Shown here: positions 51,336 through 64,000 of the stretch, one piece after another | Numbering within the stretch: the stretch's first letter is position 1 | Layout of the letters: each line of letters opens with the position of its first letter | Source: Octopus sinensis | Lineage: Eukaryota | DNA length: 64,000 nucleotides | Direction of reading: 5' to 3' | Assembly (NCBI RefSeq): GCF_006345805.1 | Contig: NC_043001.1 | Span: 15,872,001-15,936,000, forward strand | The notes under the pieces: model-generated | The model's input: the letters and a program-made list of their open reading frames with translations, nothing else | Databases searched by the model: none | Told to the model about the DNA's origin: nothing | Program-made: the position numbers and the translations under genes

Positions 51336-51785
51336 CTAACGGCCTTTTTTGGAAATATATCCGTGCCGTGAAGATGTCGGGCATTCGCGAGTGCTGATAC
51401 ATGGATAACATTGACTAATAAATGCCCTACATGTATAAATATGAATATCATGTAACCACGTGATCATGTGACCGATCAGGCTATCAGATGTTGTTAACAT
51501 CGCTGGACATAATGCATTTTCCATTGTTTCAACCTTCAAATGACGCTACACCGCTGATTAGGCGTGGAAGCCAATTCCCCGCCTCACTGGAGCAACGTGA
51601 AATGAAGTGCTCTCAGTCAGGGGATCGAAACCATGATCCAGGGATTGTGAGTGCAACAGCCTAACCACTGGGCCACGCGCCTTCACAAATATGTATATAC
51701 AATATGTTATATAAATTTTCATACAAACAATGTATATGTGTGCATGGACACACATATACACACACTCACACACACACACACACAC

Positions 51786-51824
<39 letters not shown>

Positions 51825-51988
51825 TTTTAGTGCATTTACAATAAAAATAATTTTACTTTATTCTTATGGGTTACTCTATACTTTTGTAGAGTACAAATAC
51901 TATATTCTAAAACGAATATTATTGATAGTGACTTCGAAGATTCGGCCAGCTAAGGCATATGCATATATATACATATACATATATATAG

Positions 51989-52022
<34 letters not shown>

Positions 52023-52032
52023 TTATATATAT

Positions 52033-52075
<43 letters not shown>

Positions 52076-52278
52076 TTGTATATATATATATATATTTAAA
52101 TAATTTTTTATTTTTAACTTTTATTTTAAATTAATTTTATGTATTGCTTATGTTTTTCACTGTTTGATTTCCTAATAGTGGTTTTATCTCTAATTAATAT
52201 AATATAATATAATATATTATACTATAAAATTGGATTTAACCTAAATCTCATTTTTCCCTGTAAGTTTGATTTATTTCC

Positions 52279-52311
<33 letters not shown>

Positions 52312-52421
52312 TTAACATACCTATGTATGATATGCATATATATAATATATATGTATAAATATGCATATATATGCATATATTATATTATATATATATATTA
52401 TATATTATATATGCATATATA

Positions 52422-52474
<53 letters not shown>

Positions 52475-52475
52475 G

Positions 52476-52506
<31 letters not shown>

Positions 52507-52839
52507 TCATACACCAGTCTTCGTCTTTTGTTTTTCGTAATTTCAACTATATATATATATATATATATATCTATAAACAATTTAATAATAAAACATATGC
52601 ATACATACATACATATATGTACATACCTACATCTATATGTATATATATACATTCATATATGAGTACAGGACACACACAAAAAAAAAACGTAGAACACAAC
52701 GAGAAACGAAAACATAAAAACAAAACATGGAACGGACTTTTTTTAACAACGGAAAAACAGAGTACAGGACATATACAACACACGAAACATTCCCCTTCAC
52801 ATGTATGTATTATATATATAATATAATTACATATGTATG

Positions 52840-52889
<50 letters not shown>

Positions 52890-53331
52890 TATGTATGTAT
52901 GTATATGATGGGATATACACCCCCAGAACACGTCTACTTGAAATCTCCACTTGTACATCAGTCAATATATATTTTAAAAAAATCATTTGAAACTATTAAA
53001 GTTATCCGTTATGTAAGTTTGCTTTTTCTCTCCACTCATACTAGACGGGCTTCCGGTCACGTGATTTCCTTCAGTCCCTCGTTGTATAACGTCACACTGA
53101 CATCAAGTATCACTTATTGGGAGAAAGGATCCTCTACAAGACCATTCATAAAAGAAGAAAAAAAAAATTCATCGGTTTTTTTTTTGCGTGGGAGACATTT
53201 TGTTTTACACATCTCTGCGTCTTAAGTTTTTCTTTTTTTTTGTTTATTTATATCTATTTATTTAATTTTTTTTTTGTTCAGATGTATTTACTCTTGATTT
53301 CTAGACTCAAATATCTTGTTTTTCTTATTCG

Positions 53332-53334
<3 letters not shown>

Positions 53335-53380
<46 letters not shown>

Positions 53381-53390
53381 TACTACAACA

Positions 53391-53428
<38 letters not shown>

Positions 53429-53459
53429 AACTACTACTACTTCAACTACTACTTCTACA

Positions 53460-53491
<32 letters not shown>

Positions 53492-53620
53492 AACTACTAC
53501 TACTACTACCACTACTTCTACAACTACTACTACTCTACTACTACTACTACTATTACTACTACCACTACTTCTACAACTACTACTACTACACTACTACTAC
53601 TACTACTACTACTACTTCTT

Positions 53621-53657
<37 letters not shown>

Positions 53658-53692
53658 AACAACTACTACTATTACTACTACTACTACTTCTT

Positions 53693-53732
<40 letters not shown>

Positions 53733-53829
53733 AACTACTACTACTACTACACTACTACTACTACTACTACTACAACTACTACTATTACTACTACTACTAC
53801 TACAACTACTACTACTACTACTGCTACTT

Positions 53830-53892
<63 letters not shown>

Positions 53893-53895
53893 TTA
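53335..53895. repeat. (CTA)n array
   Basis: Seen directly. Confidence 0.95.
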
Positions 53896-54171
53896 CAATT
53901 ATCACGTTCGAAAACTAAACCAAAATAAAATATTCTTTTCATAAATGTAATACAAGACACTAAACATTTGTCAGGATTTGATCTACGTTGAGGAAAAACA
54001 AAAAAATCAGAAAATAGTAAACCATTTCTCTTGATACTTTTTCCTGTTAGTGTCGCTGATTTGGTAAACACAGGAATAGAGAGGACATAAGAGAAAGTGC
54101 AACATCTTTACTTTTACATTATTTACATTGTTTACATTCGACGGATATTTGTCCTCATATTGTTTGTTGTT

Positions 54172-54217
54172 AACACAACGTTTCGGCTGATAGACCCTCC
54201 AGCCTTCATCAGGTGTC
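54172..54217 (-). ncRNA. Minimal type I hammerhead ribozyme (family H), intact core
   Basis: Reverse complement GACAC-CTGATGA-A-GGCTG..CAGCC-GAAAC-GTT-GTGTT. Confidence 0.8.
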
Positions 54218-54265
54218 TTGGGGGAAATTTGGAACCTGGGTTCTCATTCCTAAGGTATTTTTCGA

Positions 54266-54311
<46 letters not shown>

Positions 54312-54575
54312 TAGATCACTGTCTGGAATTGAACTCGGAATATTGGGGTTAGAAGCTCGCGCTCTTAACCACCACTATGCCTGCGGGCATATGGCGTACC
54401 GGTTAAGAGCGCGGGCTTCTAACCCCGATATTCCGAGTTCAATTCCAGGCAGTGATCTAAATAATAATAATCATAATAATAATAATAATAATAATAATAT
54501 AATAATAATAATAATAATAATAATAACATCGAAAAATACCTTAGGAATGGGAACCCAGGTTCGAAATTTCCTCAA

Positions 54576-54621
54576 GACACCTGAAGAAGGCTGGAGGGTA
54601 TATCAGCCGAAATGTTGTGTT
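54576..54621 (+). ncRNA. Minimal type I hammerhead ribozyme (family H), variant
   Basis: GACAC-CTGAAGA-A-GGCTG..CAGCC-GAAAT-GTT-GTGTT. Confidence 0.7.
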
Positions 54622-55114
54622 AACAACAAACAAGATGAGGGCAAATATCCGTCGAATGTAAATAATGTAAACAACTGTACTATCGCTCTTTTTGTTTCTA
54701 TTCCTTTCAGTCATTGGGCTGCGGCCATGCTGGGGCACAGCCTTGAAATGTTTAATCCAATGGTTTTCAAATAGGGATCATATGACTTTTGGGGGTCCAT
54801 ATAAGATTTTGTTGTTAAAATTCATTTGCAATAACCTGATTATTTGAGGTTATTTTTCAGAGTGTCTTTGTACCTCAATTAAGGTCCTCTTCGTTTGCGT
54901 GAGTCTTCCGTGAGTCCTACGTGAGCTCGCCGTGAGGGAAAGACGTCATAGGAAAACATCCGCCTCAATCTAGTCAACAGACTACCGCTATGGCATCTGT
55001 GGGCGCCTGTGTGCTTTCCAGCTACTGTGCGCTTCCAGCTTTGGACTGGAGGAGTCATAAGCGCTTTCATCGCTGAGAACACAGACCTTGTTGCCATCGG
55101 ACACCGATGGACTA

Positions 55115-55501
55115 ATAGGAGCACTCCGTCGGTTGCGACGATGAGGGTCCCAGCTGATACGATCAACGGAACAGCTTGCTCGTGATATTAACGTGCAAGT
55201 GGCTGAGCACTCCACAGACACGTGTACCCTTAACGTAGTTCTCGAGGAGATTCAGTGTGACACACAGAATGTGACAAGGCCGACTCTTTGAAATACAGGT
55301 ACAAGAGAAACAGGAAGAAAGAGTGAGAGAAAGATGTGGTGCAAGAGTACAGCAGGGTTCACCCCCCCCCCTGCTGGAGCGTCGTGGAGCTTTAGGTGTT
55401 TTCGCTCAATAAACACTCACAATGCCCGGTCTGGGAATCGAAACCGTGATCCTCCGACCGCGAGTCCGCTGCCCTAACCACTGAGCCATTGTGCCTCCAC
55501 T
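55115..55501 (-). mobile_element. SINE family C with 12-bp TSD ACCGATGGACTA
   Basis: TSD at 55103-55114 and 55502-55513. Confidence 0.9.
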
Positions 55502-55704
55502 ACCGATGGACTAGCTCTCAATCTCAAACTGATTTTAATTTTACAATACACAAAATATTTAAGCAAGTTTTAAATACTAAATGCAATTCCTAATTGGTCA
55601 AGCGCGTTTAAGTGCTTGACCCCCTAAAAATATTGGGTCGAGCTCAACCGAGCCTTGACCATAATTCTGTAACCTCACCGCGCATAAGAAATATCGATTA
55701 AAGG

Positions 55705-55930
55705 CGAAAGCTGGCAGAAACGTTAGCACGCCGGGCGAAATGCTTAGCGGTATTTCGTCTCCTGTTACGTTCTGAGTTCAAATTCCGCCGAGGTCGACTT
55801 TGCCTTTCATCCTTTCGGGATCGATAAATTAAGTACCAGTTACGCACTGGGATGTAATCGACTTAATCCGTTTGTCTGTCCTTGTTTGTCTCCTCTATGT
55901 TTAGCTCCTTGTGGGCAATAAAGAAATAAG
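55705..55930 (+). mobile_element. SINE family D monomer
   Basis: Head + one body unit ending AATAAAGAAATA. Confidence 0.85.
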
Positions 55931-56849
55931 AAATATCGATTTAAAGAATTTTTTAATTTCCATTAACTTTTTTCGGAATATTTAATTATAATGATATAAA
56001 TAGGAGTTTTTAGACATTGATGGGCAATGAGGGGTTCCCCTCCCCACTGCGTAAAATAGGAAGGAAAGGGCTCCATAAGTAAAGAATGGATGAGAAATAC
56101 TGGTTTATTCGAACAAATCAACCCAACTGTCTATTTTAAAGTTTGCTACTTATTCGATATCTTTTGCCAAACCGCTAAGTAACGAAGACGTAAACAAACC
56201 AGTACTGGTTATCAGCTGGTGGTGGTGAACAAACACAACACAAAGACTAATGGACACACACAAACTAGCGCCGCACACACACACACTCACACACACAAAC
56301 ACACACATACAAACAAAAGCACACACACATACAAACACACACACACATAGACACACACACGCAAACACACATACAAACACACACTCACACATACACACAT
56401 ATTCACACGGACATACCCGACGGGCCACTTCACAGTTTTCCTTTACCGAATTCACTCACAAAGTACCGGTTTACCTGTAGCTGCACTCGAAGGAAGCCGC
56501 TTCTCCAGAGTACCGTACTCTGGGACGGAACCCGCGCTCAAATATTCACAGAGCATACTACAAGATAAGTGATAGAACAGTTTAACACAACGGATGAACT
56601 GGGTATATCTGGGCAATGGATCAACGGGTCACATACAGTTGTTTGACCAAACTGTATACGAACCAATACAAGGATATATGTATGATTATTCGACTTGTTA
56701 GACATAGCAGTTAAATCCATTTCAAATCAGACGATAAAGTAAGGAAGAAGAAGAGAAAAGAAAGAACACTTTGGGGATCTTTTCCGTTACCAACACCATC
56801 ATCACCATCATCATCAATGCCAAGTTCTAACAGCAACACAATCATCGTG

Positions 56850-57615
56850 GCACTCCGTCGGTTACGACGACGAGGGTTCCAGTTGATTCGATCAACGGAA
56901 CAACAGCCTGCTCATGAAATTAATGTGCAAGTGGCTGAGCACTCCACGGACATGGATACCCTTGACGTAGTTCTCAGGGAGACTCAGAGTGATACAGAGT
57001 GTGACAAGGCTAGCCCTTTGAAATACAGGTACTTACTCATTTTTGCCAGCTGAATGAACTGGAGCAATGTGAAAATAAAGTGTTTTGCTGAAAGACACAA
57101 CGCGTCGCCGGGAATTGAACTCACGACCTTACGATTGTGAGCCAAATACCCTAACCACTAAGCCACGCGCCTTCACTTGCAATACTCTGAAGCGTATATA
57201 CTACATGATATACCATCTACATACGTACACATACACACACACAACACATATGATCGTAATAATAGTTTCAAATTTTGGCACAAGGCCAGTAATATCTGGG
57301 GGGAGGGGAGAAGTCGATTATATCGACCCCAGTGTTCAACTGGTAGTTCTCGGGGTGATTTAACGTGACACAGAGTGTGACAAGGCTGGCCCTTTGTGAG
57401 TAAAGGTACAGCAGAAACAGGAAGAAAGAGTGAGAGAACGTTGTGGTGAAAGAGTACAGCAGAGTTCGCCACCACCAGTCCCTGCCGGAGCCTAGGGGGA
57501 ACTTTAGATGTTTTCGCTCAAGAAATACTCACAACGCCCGGTGTGGGAATTGAAACCGCGATCCTATGACCGCGAGTCCGCTGCTCTAACCACTGGGCCA
57601 TTGCGCGCCTCCACA
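56850..57615 (-). mobile_element. Cluster of nested SINE pieces (families C, B, D)
   Basis: Similarity to copies elsewhere in the window. Confidence 0.75.
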
Positions 57616-57705
57616 ACACCATTATCACTATCATGGTTATCATCAACATTATTATTATCTTTTGTCATTTTCATGACTATCATCGCCATCATTATCATCC
57701 AAAAG

Positions 57706-57766
<61 letters not shown>

Positions 57767-57943
57767 CTATTATCAACACCAACACCAACATCATCATCAT
57801 TGCTATAATCACAACAACCACCGTAATCACCGCTACCACCACCACCACCACCGCCACTACAATTACTGCAACCACGACCATCACAATCAATGGCACTCTT
57901 CGCCACTATCTACGCTCCCGCCAGCAGCAGCAGCAGCACCACC

Positions 57944-57975
<32 letters not shown>

Positions 57976-58409
57976 CCACAATAACACAAACGGTGTATAA
58001 TATACTGGCCGCCATTGACAGGCGTATAAAACAGATGAGAGGGTGTCGATATAGGGAAGGGAAGGGGTGGGGTGGGGACGAAAGACTGTGGGGGGCGGGG
58101 TGGGGTGGGGGTATATGAAGATTTGGTAATGAGAGTGGGACCGGAAGTAGCTAGGTCACTGAGTGCTTTTGACAGCGAGGGCGGGAAGTTCCTAGCGGAG
58201 AAAAGTTAGTGTCAGTACTCGCAATTACACATCCACAAACACAAACACCCCCACACACACACCCAGACATACACGCACACAAACACACACGCACACATGC
58301 ACATGCGTGCACACACACATACACACACATTCACAAACACACGCACGCATCCAAACACTCACACACGAATCCCCCCACATACACCTACACCTATCCCAAC
58401 ACGCACACA

Positions 58410-58970
58410 CCCATACACCCCCACACTCACTCACACACACACACAGACACGCACACATGCATACACCCCCACACCCACTCACACACACACAGACACGCAC
58501 ACATGCATACACCCCCACAACCACGCACACACACACAGAGACACGCACACATGCATACACCCCCACACTCACTCACACACACACAGACACACGCACACAT
58601 GCATACACCCCCACAACAACGCACACACACACAGACACACGCACACATGCATACACCCCCACACCCACTCACACACACACAGACACACGCACACATGCAT
58701 ACACCCCCACACCCACTCACACACACACAGACACACGCACACATGCATACACCCCCACAACAACGCACACACACACAGACACACGCACACATGCATACAC
58801 CCCCACACCCACTCACACACACACAGACACACGCACACATGCATACACCCCCACACCCACTCACACACACACAGACACACGCACACATGCATACACCCCC
58901 ACAACAACGCACACACACACAGACACACGCACACATGCATACACCCCCACACTCACTCACACACACACAC
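58410..58970. repeat. ~46-bp CA-rich minisatellite with higher-order structure
   Basis: About 12 units of ..GACACACGCACACATGCATACACCCCCACA.. Confidence 0.9.
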
Positions 58971-59234
58971 ACGTTGAGAAAACAAGATAACGAATGTTCA
59001 TATTGTTATTGATATATACTTGTTATTCTTTCGCAAGTTATCCAATACGTTCGAATTATTGGTATCAGATAAAACAGATCATTGTAGATACAATGCCGAC
59101 TTAGACGGGAAGACGGGATAAGCCGTGACAGTTGGTCCTTACAGCTGTTTCAAGAATAAATGAGCAGTTGGTGCATTTCCCTGCTAGCAGTCGGCAGCGA
59201 GCATTTTGACGGCGAAAAAGATATTAGTAATATT

Positions 59235-59550
59235 ACCGGGCGTTGTGAGTGTTTATTGAGCGAAAACACCTAAAGCTCCACGAGGCTCCGGCAGGGGATG
59301 GTGGTGATCCCTGCTGTACTCTTTCACCACAACTTTCTCTCACTCTTACTTCCTGTTTCTGTTGTACCTGTATTTCAAAGGGCCAGCCTTATCACACTCT
59401 GTGTCACGCTGAATATCCCCGAGAATTACGTTAAGGGTGCACGTGTCTGTGGAGTGCTCAGCCACTTACACGTTAATTTCACGAGCAGGCTGTTCCGTTG
59501 ATTCGGATCAACCGGAACCCTCGTCGTCGTAACCGACGGAGTGCTTCCAT
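59235..59550 (+). mobile_element. SINE family C, 5'-truncated
   Basis: Centre + tail match. Confidence 0.85.
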
Positions 59551-59732
59551 CCATTCTGTTCGATTGAAACACAACCTGTTGCAAAGCATCATTCCACGCT
59601 TATAATATACCGGCATTTTTTGTTGTAATTTAAGATAGATTTTAGGCAGCAGATCAATCCGAGCGTTAGTTTTATGTACCTATTAAATAACGCCATTAGG
59701 TGTATTCAATTGTGCATGCATGCATGTCTGCC

Positions 59733-59782
<50 letters not shown>

Positions 59783-59800
59783 TATATCTATCTATCTATA

Positions 59801-59881
<81 letters not shown>

Positions 59882-60147
59882 GCTTTTCTTTCCACGGGTT
59901 AACCTCACTTGTCCTCCCCTTTACACTTCATATTGACATTTCTCTGATAACGATCCCTATTGATCAATTCCCCCCCTTTTTATTATTATTATTATTTTTT
60001 TTTAAACCCCCTTTTTTGTCCTCTTTCTTTCCTTTTACGATCCCTTTTGATCGAAAACCAACCCCCCTTTTTTTACCCCAAAAAGAAAAGCTCTACCTTG
60101 TATTTTGTCCTGTCTGTGTGCAGCCCTGTGTGGCTAATAAAGAAACA
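59882..60147 (+). mobile_element. Tx1-like LINE 3' UTR fragment embedded in (TATC)n
   Basis: Matches 24285-24579; (TATC)n on both sides. Confidence 0.85.
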
Positions 60148-60234
60148 TATCTATCTATCTATCTGTCCATCTATCTATCCATCTGTCTGTCTGTCTATCT
60201 TTCTATCTATCTATAGACACCCCCCCACACACAC

Positions 60235-60730
60235 ATTCTTTTATTGTTTCAGTCATTTTGACTCCGGCCATACTGGAGCACAGCCTTTAGTCGAACAAAT
60301 CGATCCTAAGACTTATTCGTTGTAAGCCTAGTCCTTATTCTATCGGTCTGTTTCACGCAACTGCTTAGTTATGGGGACGTAAATACACCAACATCGGTTG
60401 TCAAACGATGGTGGGGCACAGACACAAATATATATATATATTGCCGAATCGCTAAGTTACGGGGATGTGAACACATCAACATTGGTTGTCAAGCGATGAT
60501 GGACACACACACACACACACGCACTCACACACACACACACACACACACATACACACACACATACACACACACACGCACATATATATTACGACAGGCTTCT
60601 TTCAGTTTCCGTCTACCAAATCCACAAGTGGGTATAGTAGAAGTCACTTGGCCAAGGTGCCAGGCAGTGGGACTGATCCCAGAACCATGAGGCTGGTAAG
60701 CAAGCTACTTACCATACAGCCACTTCCGCG
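60235..60730 (-). mobile_element. SINE family A, rearranged
   Basis: Reverse-complement similarity with a duplicated middle part. Confidence 0.75.
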
Positions 60731-61049
60731 ACCATATTATACATATTTATTTATTCAAATATAAATGAGAAGCTGTCCGATCAATATAAACGGTTATCTC
60801 GCTTGTCTATGACTTCTAAGTGTTTTTACAAAAGGCGTATTGACGAGAAAATTTTCTCTCATATAAACCGCAGCCTGCCCACGAACTGTCAAAAGACATA
60901 CATTGTGCATGTGCGTTCGATATTGAATTGTATTCCTCGGGTTCATTCTCATTCATATTTGAAGTCTTTCCGTGTCATAAGACATCGGGACGTACCAGCA
61001 AAGGTTCTCACACCATTTTGGATATAGTTATAACGAGCGATTTAGCCTA

Positions 61050-61761
61050 CGTATGGCAAAAATAAACGTTGGAAAGCGTTTTAAGTGTGAAGTAAAAACC
61101 TACAGAATTCGTCTCTAGAGCAGTGGAAGAATGTTATTTTCTCGGACGAGTCATCCATTACCTTAATTCCGACCACCGGCCGAGTATACGTGTGGAGACA
61201 GCCAAAAGAAGCATTTGACTCAGACTGTCTTCTTCCAACTGTTAAACATGGAGGGGGATCTGGTGGGGCTATATCTTGGAAATCTGCCAGCCCAATGGTT
61301 TCCCTTCATGGCAGAATTAATAGTCAAGACTATTTAAGCAGTTTATCTAATCAAATTCATCCTATGGTTGCAGAACTGTTTCCAGAAGGAAACGAAATCT
61401 TTCAAGACGATAATGCACCAATTCACACAGCTAAAGTTATTACTGAATGGTACGAGGAACATTCTAGTGAAGTTGAACATTTTATTTGGCCACCACAGTC
61501 CCCAGATCTCAATATCATTGAACATTTATGGTGCTTTTTAGAAAAACAAGTAACGAGTTGCATCCTCCATCATCACTACAAGAACTGGAGACTGTTTTAG
61601 CTGAAGAATGGACAAAAATTCCTTTGGAAACAATTCAGATTTTTGTACGAGTCCATACCTCGTAGAATTCAAGCTGTAATTACTGCCAAAGTCGGTTCTA
61701 CCCTCTATTAAAAGAAATTTGAAATGTTAAGGTGTTTCCATTATTTTGTCCAACCCTTGTA
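61050..61761 (+). mobile_element. Tc1 (DD34E) transposon 3' half, degraded
   Basis: EQWKNVIFSDES, PTVKHGGG, FQDDNAPIHTAK, WPPQSPDLNIIEHLW; right TIR GTGTTTCCATTATTTTGTCCAACCCTTG + TA. Confidence 0.9.
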
Positions 61762-61799
61762 TATACGTATGCGTACATGCACATATTATTGTGTAAATA

Positions 61800-62135
61800 T
61801 CGAGATCCCCTTCGGTCATGATACAGACCATGGGATTGCACCTAGAAAGTTACCCTCCCAAGCACAAGTCCGGTAAAGGTTATTTATGGAAGACCAGCAG
61901 TCGCCCATGCATACCGGCCTCCCCTCTCCACACCACTGATGTTATCCAAGGGAAAGGCAAAGGGGCCGATCCAGCTTGGCACTTGTGACATCGCAACTCA
62001 TTTCTACAGCTGAGTGAACTGGAGCAACGTGAAATAAAGTGTCTTGCTCAAAAACACAACACGCAGCCCGGTTCGGGATTCGAGCTCACAACAACACGAT
62101 CGTAAGCTCGACGCTCTAACCACTGAGCCATGAAT
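61800..62135 (-). mobile_element. SINE family B
   Basis: Reverse-complement match to 13995-14345. Confidence 0.8.
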
Positions 62136-62386
62136 ACATAATAACTATAACCACTGAGTACATAATAAATATACAAATTATATATGCGTATTCATTCATG
62201 TAATCGCGTATGTACATGTTTGATCATCTGTGTGTATTCGTGTCTATAGGTGTGTGTGTGTGTATGAATGACATAACTGTGTAAATATATATTAACGCAT
62301 GTATGTGCGTATGTGTGTATGTATGTATGTATGTGTGTATGTATGTATGTATGTATGTATGTATGTATGTATGTATGTATGTATGT

Positions 62387-62618
62387 GGGATATTTGTATG
62401 ACTTTATTTTTGTTCATTCAATATTTATATAGCTAGTTATTTACTTGTTTTCTTTTCTTTATTTAGAATTCTTCTTAGGAGGAAGGAAGTACTTTCTAAG
62501 AAAGAACGCTCATTCACTGGAATTTGGATAACTACAACCAGAAGTATTACGCGTTGGACTTCAGGAAAGTCTTGCATGCTTTTGTAGTGTTCCAGATTGT
62601 ATCTGTAGGCGGAGAAGT
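62387..62618 (-). mobile_element. R4/Dong-like LINE extreme 3' end embedded in (TATG)n
   Basis: CTACAGATACAATCTGGAAC..CAAAAGCATGCAAGACTTTCCTGAAG resembles the ORF end near 9965-10025 (CTACAGATCCAATGCATCACTGGAACTGTAAAAATCTGTAAAACTTTCCAGAAG). Confidence 0.65.
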
Positions 62619-62846
62619 GTGTATGTATGTATGTATGTATGTATGTATGTATGTATGTATGTATGTATGTATGTATGTATGTATGCATGGATGTATGTAT
62701 GTATGTATGTATGTATGTATGTATGTATGTATGTATGTATGTGTGAGTGTGTATATGTATATACGTTTCTTTGTGTGTCTGTGTATGTGTATATAAGTAT
62801 ATATGTAAGTTGTATGTCTATATCTATCTATCTATCTATCTATCTG

Positions 62847-62937
<91 letters not shown>

Positions 62938-63016
62938 GTCTGTCTGTCTGTCTGTCTGTTTGCCTGTCTGTCTCTCTGTCTATCTATCTGTCTGTCTGTC
63001 TGTCTGTCGTCGTCTG

Positions 63017-63051
<35 letters not shown>

Positions 63052-63058
63052 GAGTACA

Positions 63059-63111
<53 letters not shown>

Positions 63112-63200
63112 CTCATATATATTCACATATATTACCGACATACACTCTCATGTGCTTGTGTGTGTGTGTGTGTGTGTGTATGTGTGTGTATGTGTGTTGT

Positions 63201-63581
63201 GTGTGTAAAACAAAGGAAAAATGCTTAAAATCCAAACGAACGCTTTTGAAACTTGCTGTAAGGGTCAAACCTGACTTACTAAACTGCCCGGTAAACGCCA
63301 TTGTATTTCGCGTAGTCTGCACATTTATATTCCGCTGCTTATCCATTTGTGAAGCTAGAATTTATACACTGAATAAATTCAGTATAAGATCTAAGATTAC
63401 AGAAAAAACCCAGAAAAGAATGGAAAATAAAAATGCAATTTAATCAGCTAACGCACGTTTCGGATCTGAACAAACTAATGAAAAAGTATAATTAGTAATC
63501 TCTTCTTTTGATTCCCCCTCTCTCTCTTCTGCATATTTATACATACATACATTTCATTCATTCATGCCATACATACATACA

Positions 63582-63617
<36 letters not shown>

Positions 63618-64000
63618 GTATATATATATATAAATATGTGTGTGTGTTGTGTGTGTGGTGTGTGTGTGTATGTGTTGTATGTGTGTTTGTGTGTGTAAAA
63701 CAAAGAAAAATGCTTAAAATCCAAACGAACGCTTTTGAAACTTGCTGTAAGGGTCAAACCTGACTTACTAAACTGCCCGGTAAACGCCATTGTATTTCGC
63801 GTAGTCTGCACATTTATATTCCGCTGCTTATCCATTTGTGAAGCTAGAATTTATACACTGAATAAATTCAGTATAAGATCTAAGATTACAGAAAAAACCC
63901 AGAAAAGAATGGAAAATAAAAATGCAATTTAATCAGCTAACGCACGTTTCGGATCTGAACAAACTAATGAAAAAGTATAATTAGTAATCTCTTCTTTATT
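63201..64000. repeat. Near-identical direct duplication, period ~490 bp
   Basis: 63201-63510 repeats at 63691-64000. Confidence 0.9.

Larger units (their letters stand above)
54113..54671. mobile_element. Head-to-head inverted dimer of the family H tRNA-head/hammerhead SINE
   Basis: Near-symmetric palindrome centred on ATGCC-TGCG-GGCAT (54377-54390). Confidence 0.9.

Noticed and set aside
62549-62600. Minus-strand exon YNLEHYKSMQDFPEVQR with good splice signals
   Set aside because: The sequence is better explained as the 3' end of the R4/Dong-like LINE seen at 9881-10030.

Overview
AT-rich, microsatellite-saturated eukaryotic genomic DNA. The repeat families resemble those of coleoid cephalopods (Octopus-like); this is an inference from recalled repeat families, not a database result. 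No intact host protein-coding gene is recognisable. Almost every ORF in the supplied track is a translated simple repeat, and only a few low-confidence candidate exons remain. The window is a mosaic of at least four tRNA-derived SINE families, decayed Tc1/mariner transposons, Tx1/L1-, R4/Dong- and CR1-type LINE 3' fragments, two Penelope-like (PLE) RT/GIY-YIG remnants, Helitron-like elements and one U6 snRNA copy. Three things stand out. (1) Several unrelated families of minimal hammerhead ribozymes (HHR) are present. One is built into a tRNA-headed SINE that occurs twice as a head-to-head palindromic dimer (32281-33045, 54113-54671). A second HHR palindrome lies at 36257-36627. In all three palindromes both ribozymes point outward, which suggests a PLE-mobilised, ribozyme-bearing non-autonomous system. 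(2) A full-length U6 snRNA is fused to the 5' end of a trimeric SINE inside one 16-bp target-site duplication (16116-16845). (3) Two LINE lineages appear to insert specifically into different tetranucleotide microsatellites: Tx1-like into (TCTA)n and R4/Dong-like into (CATA)n. Coordinates were read by eye; motif positions are exact to within a few bases and element boundaries are approximate.
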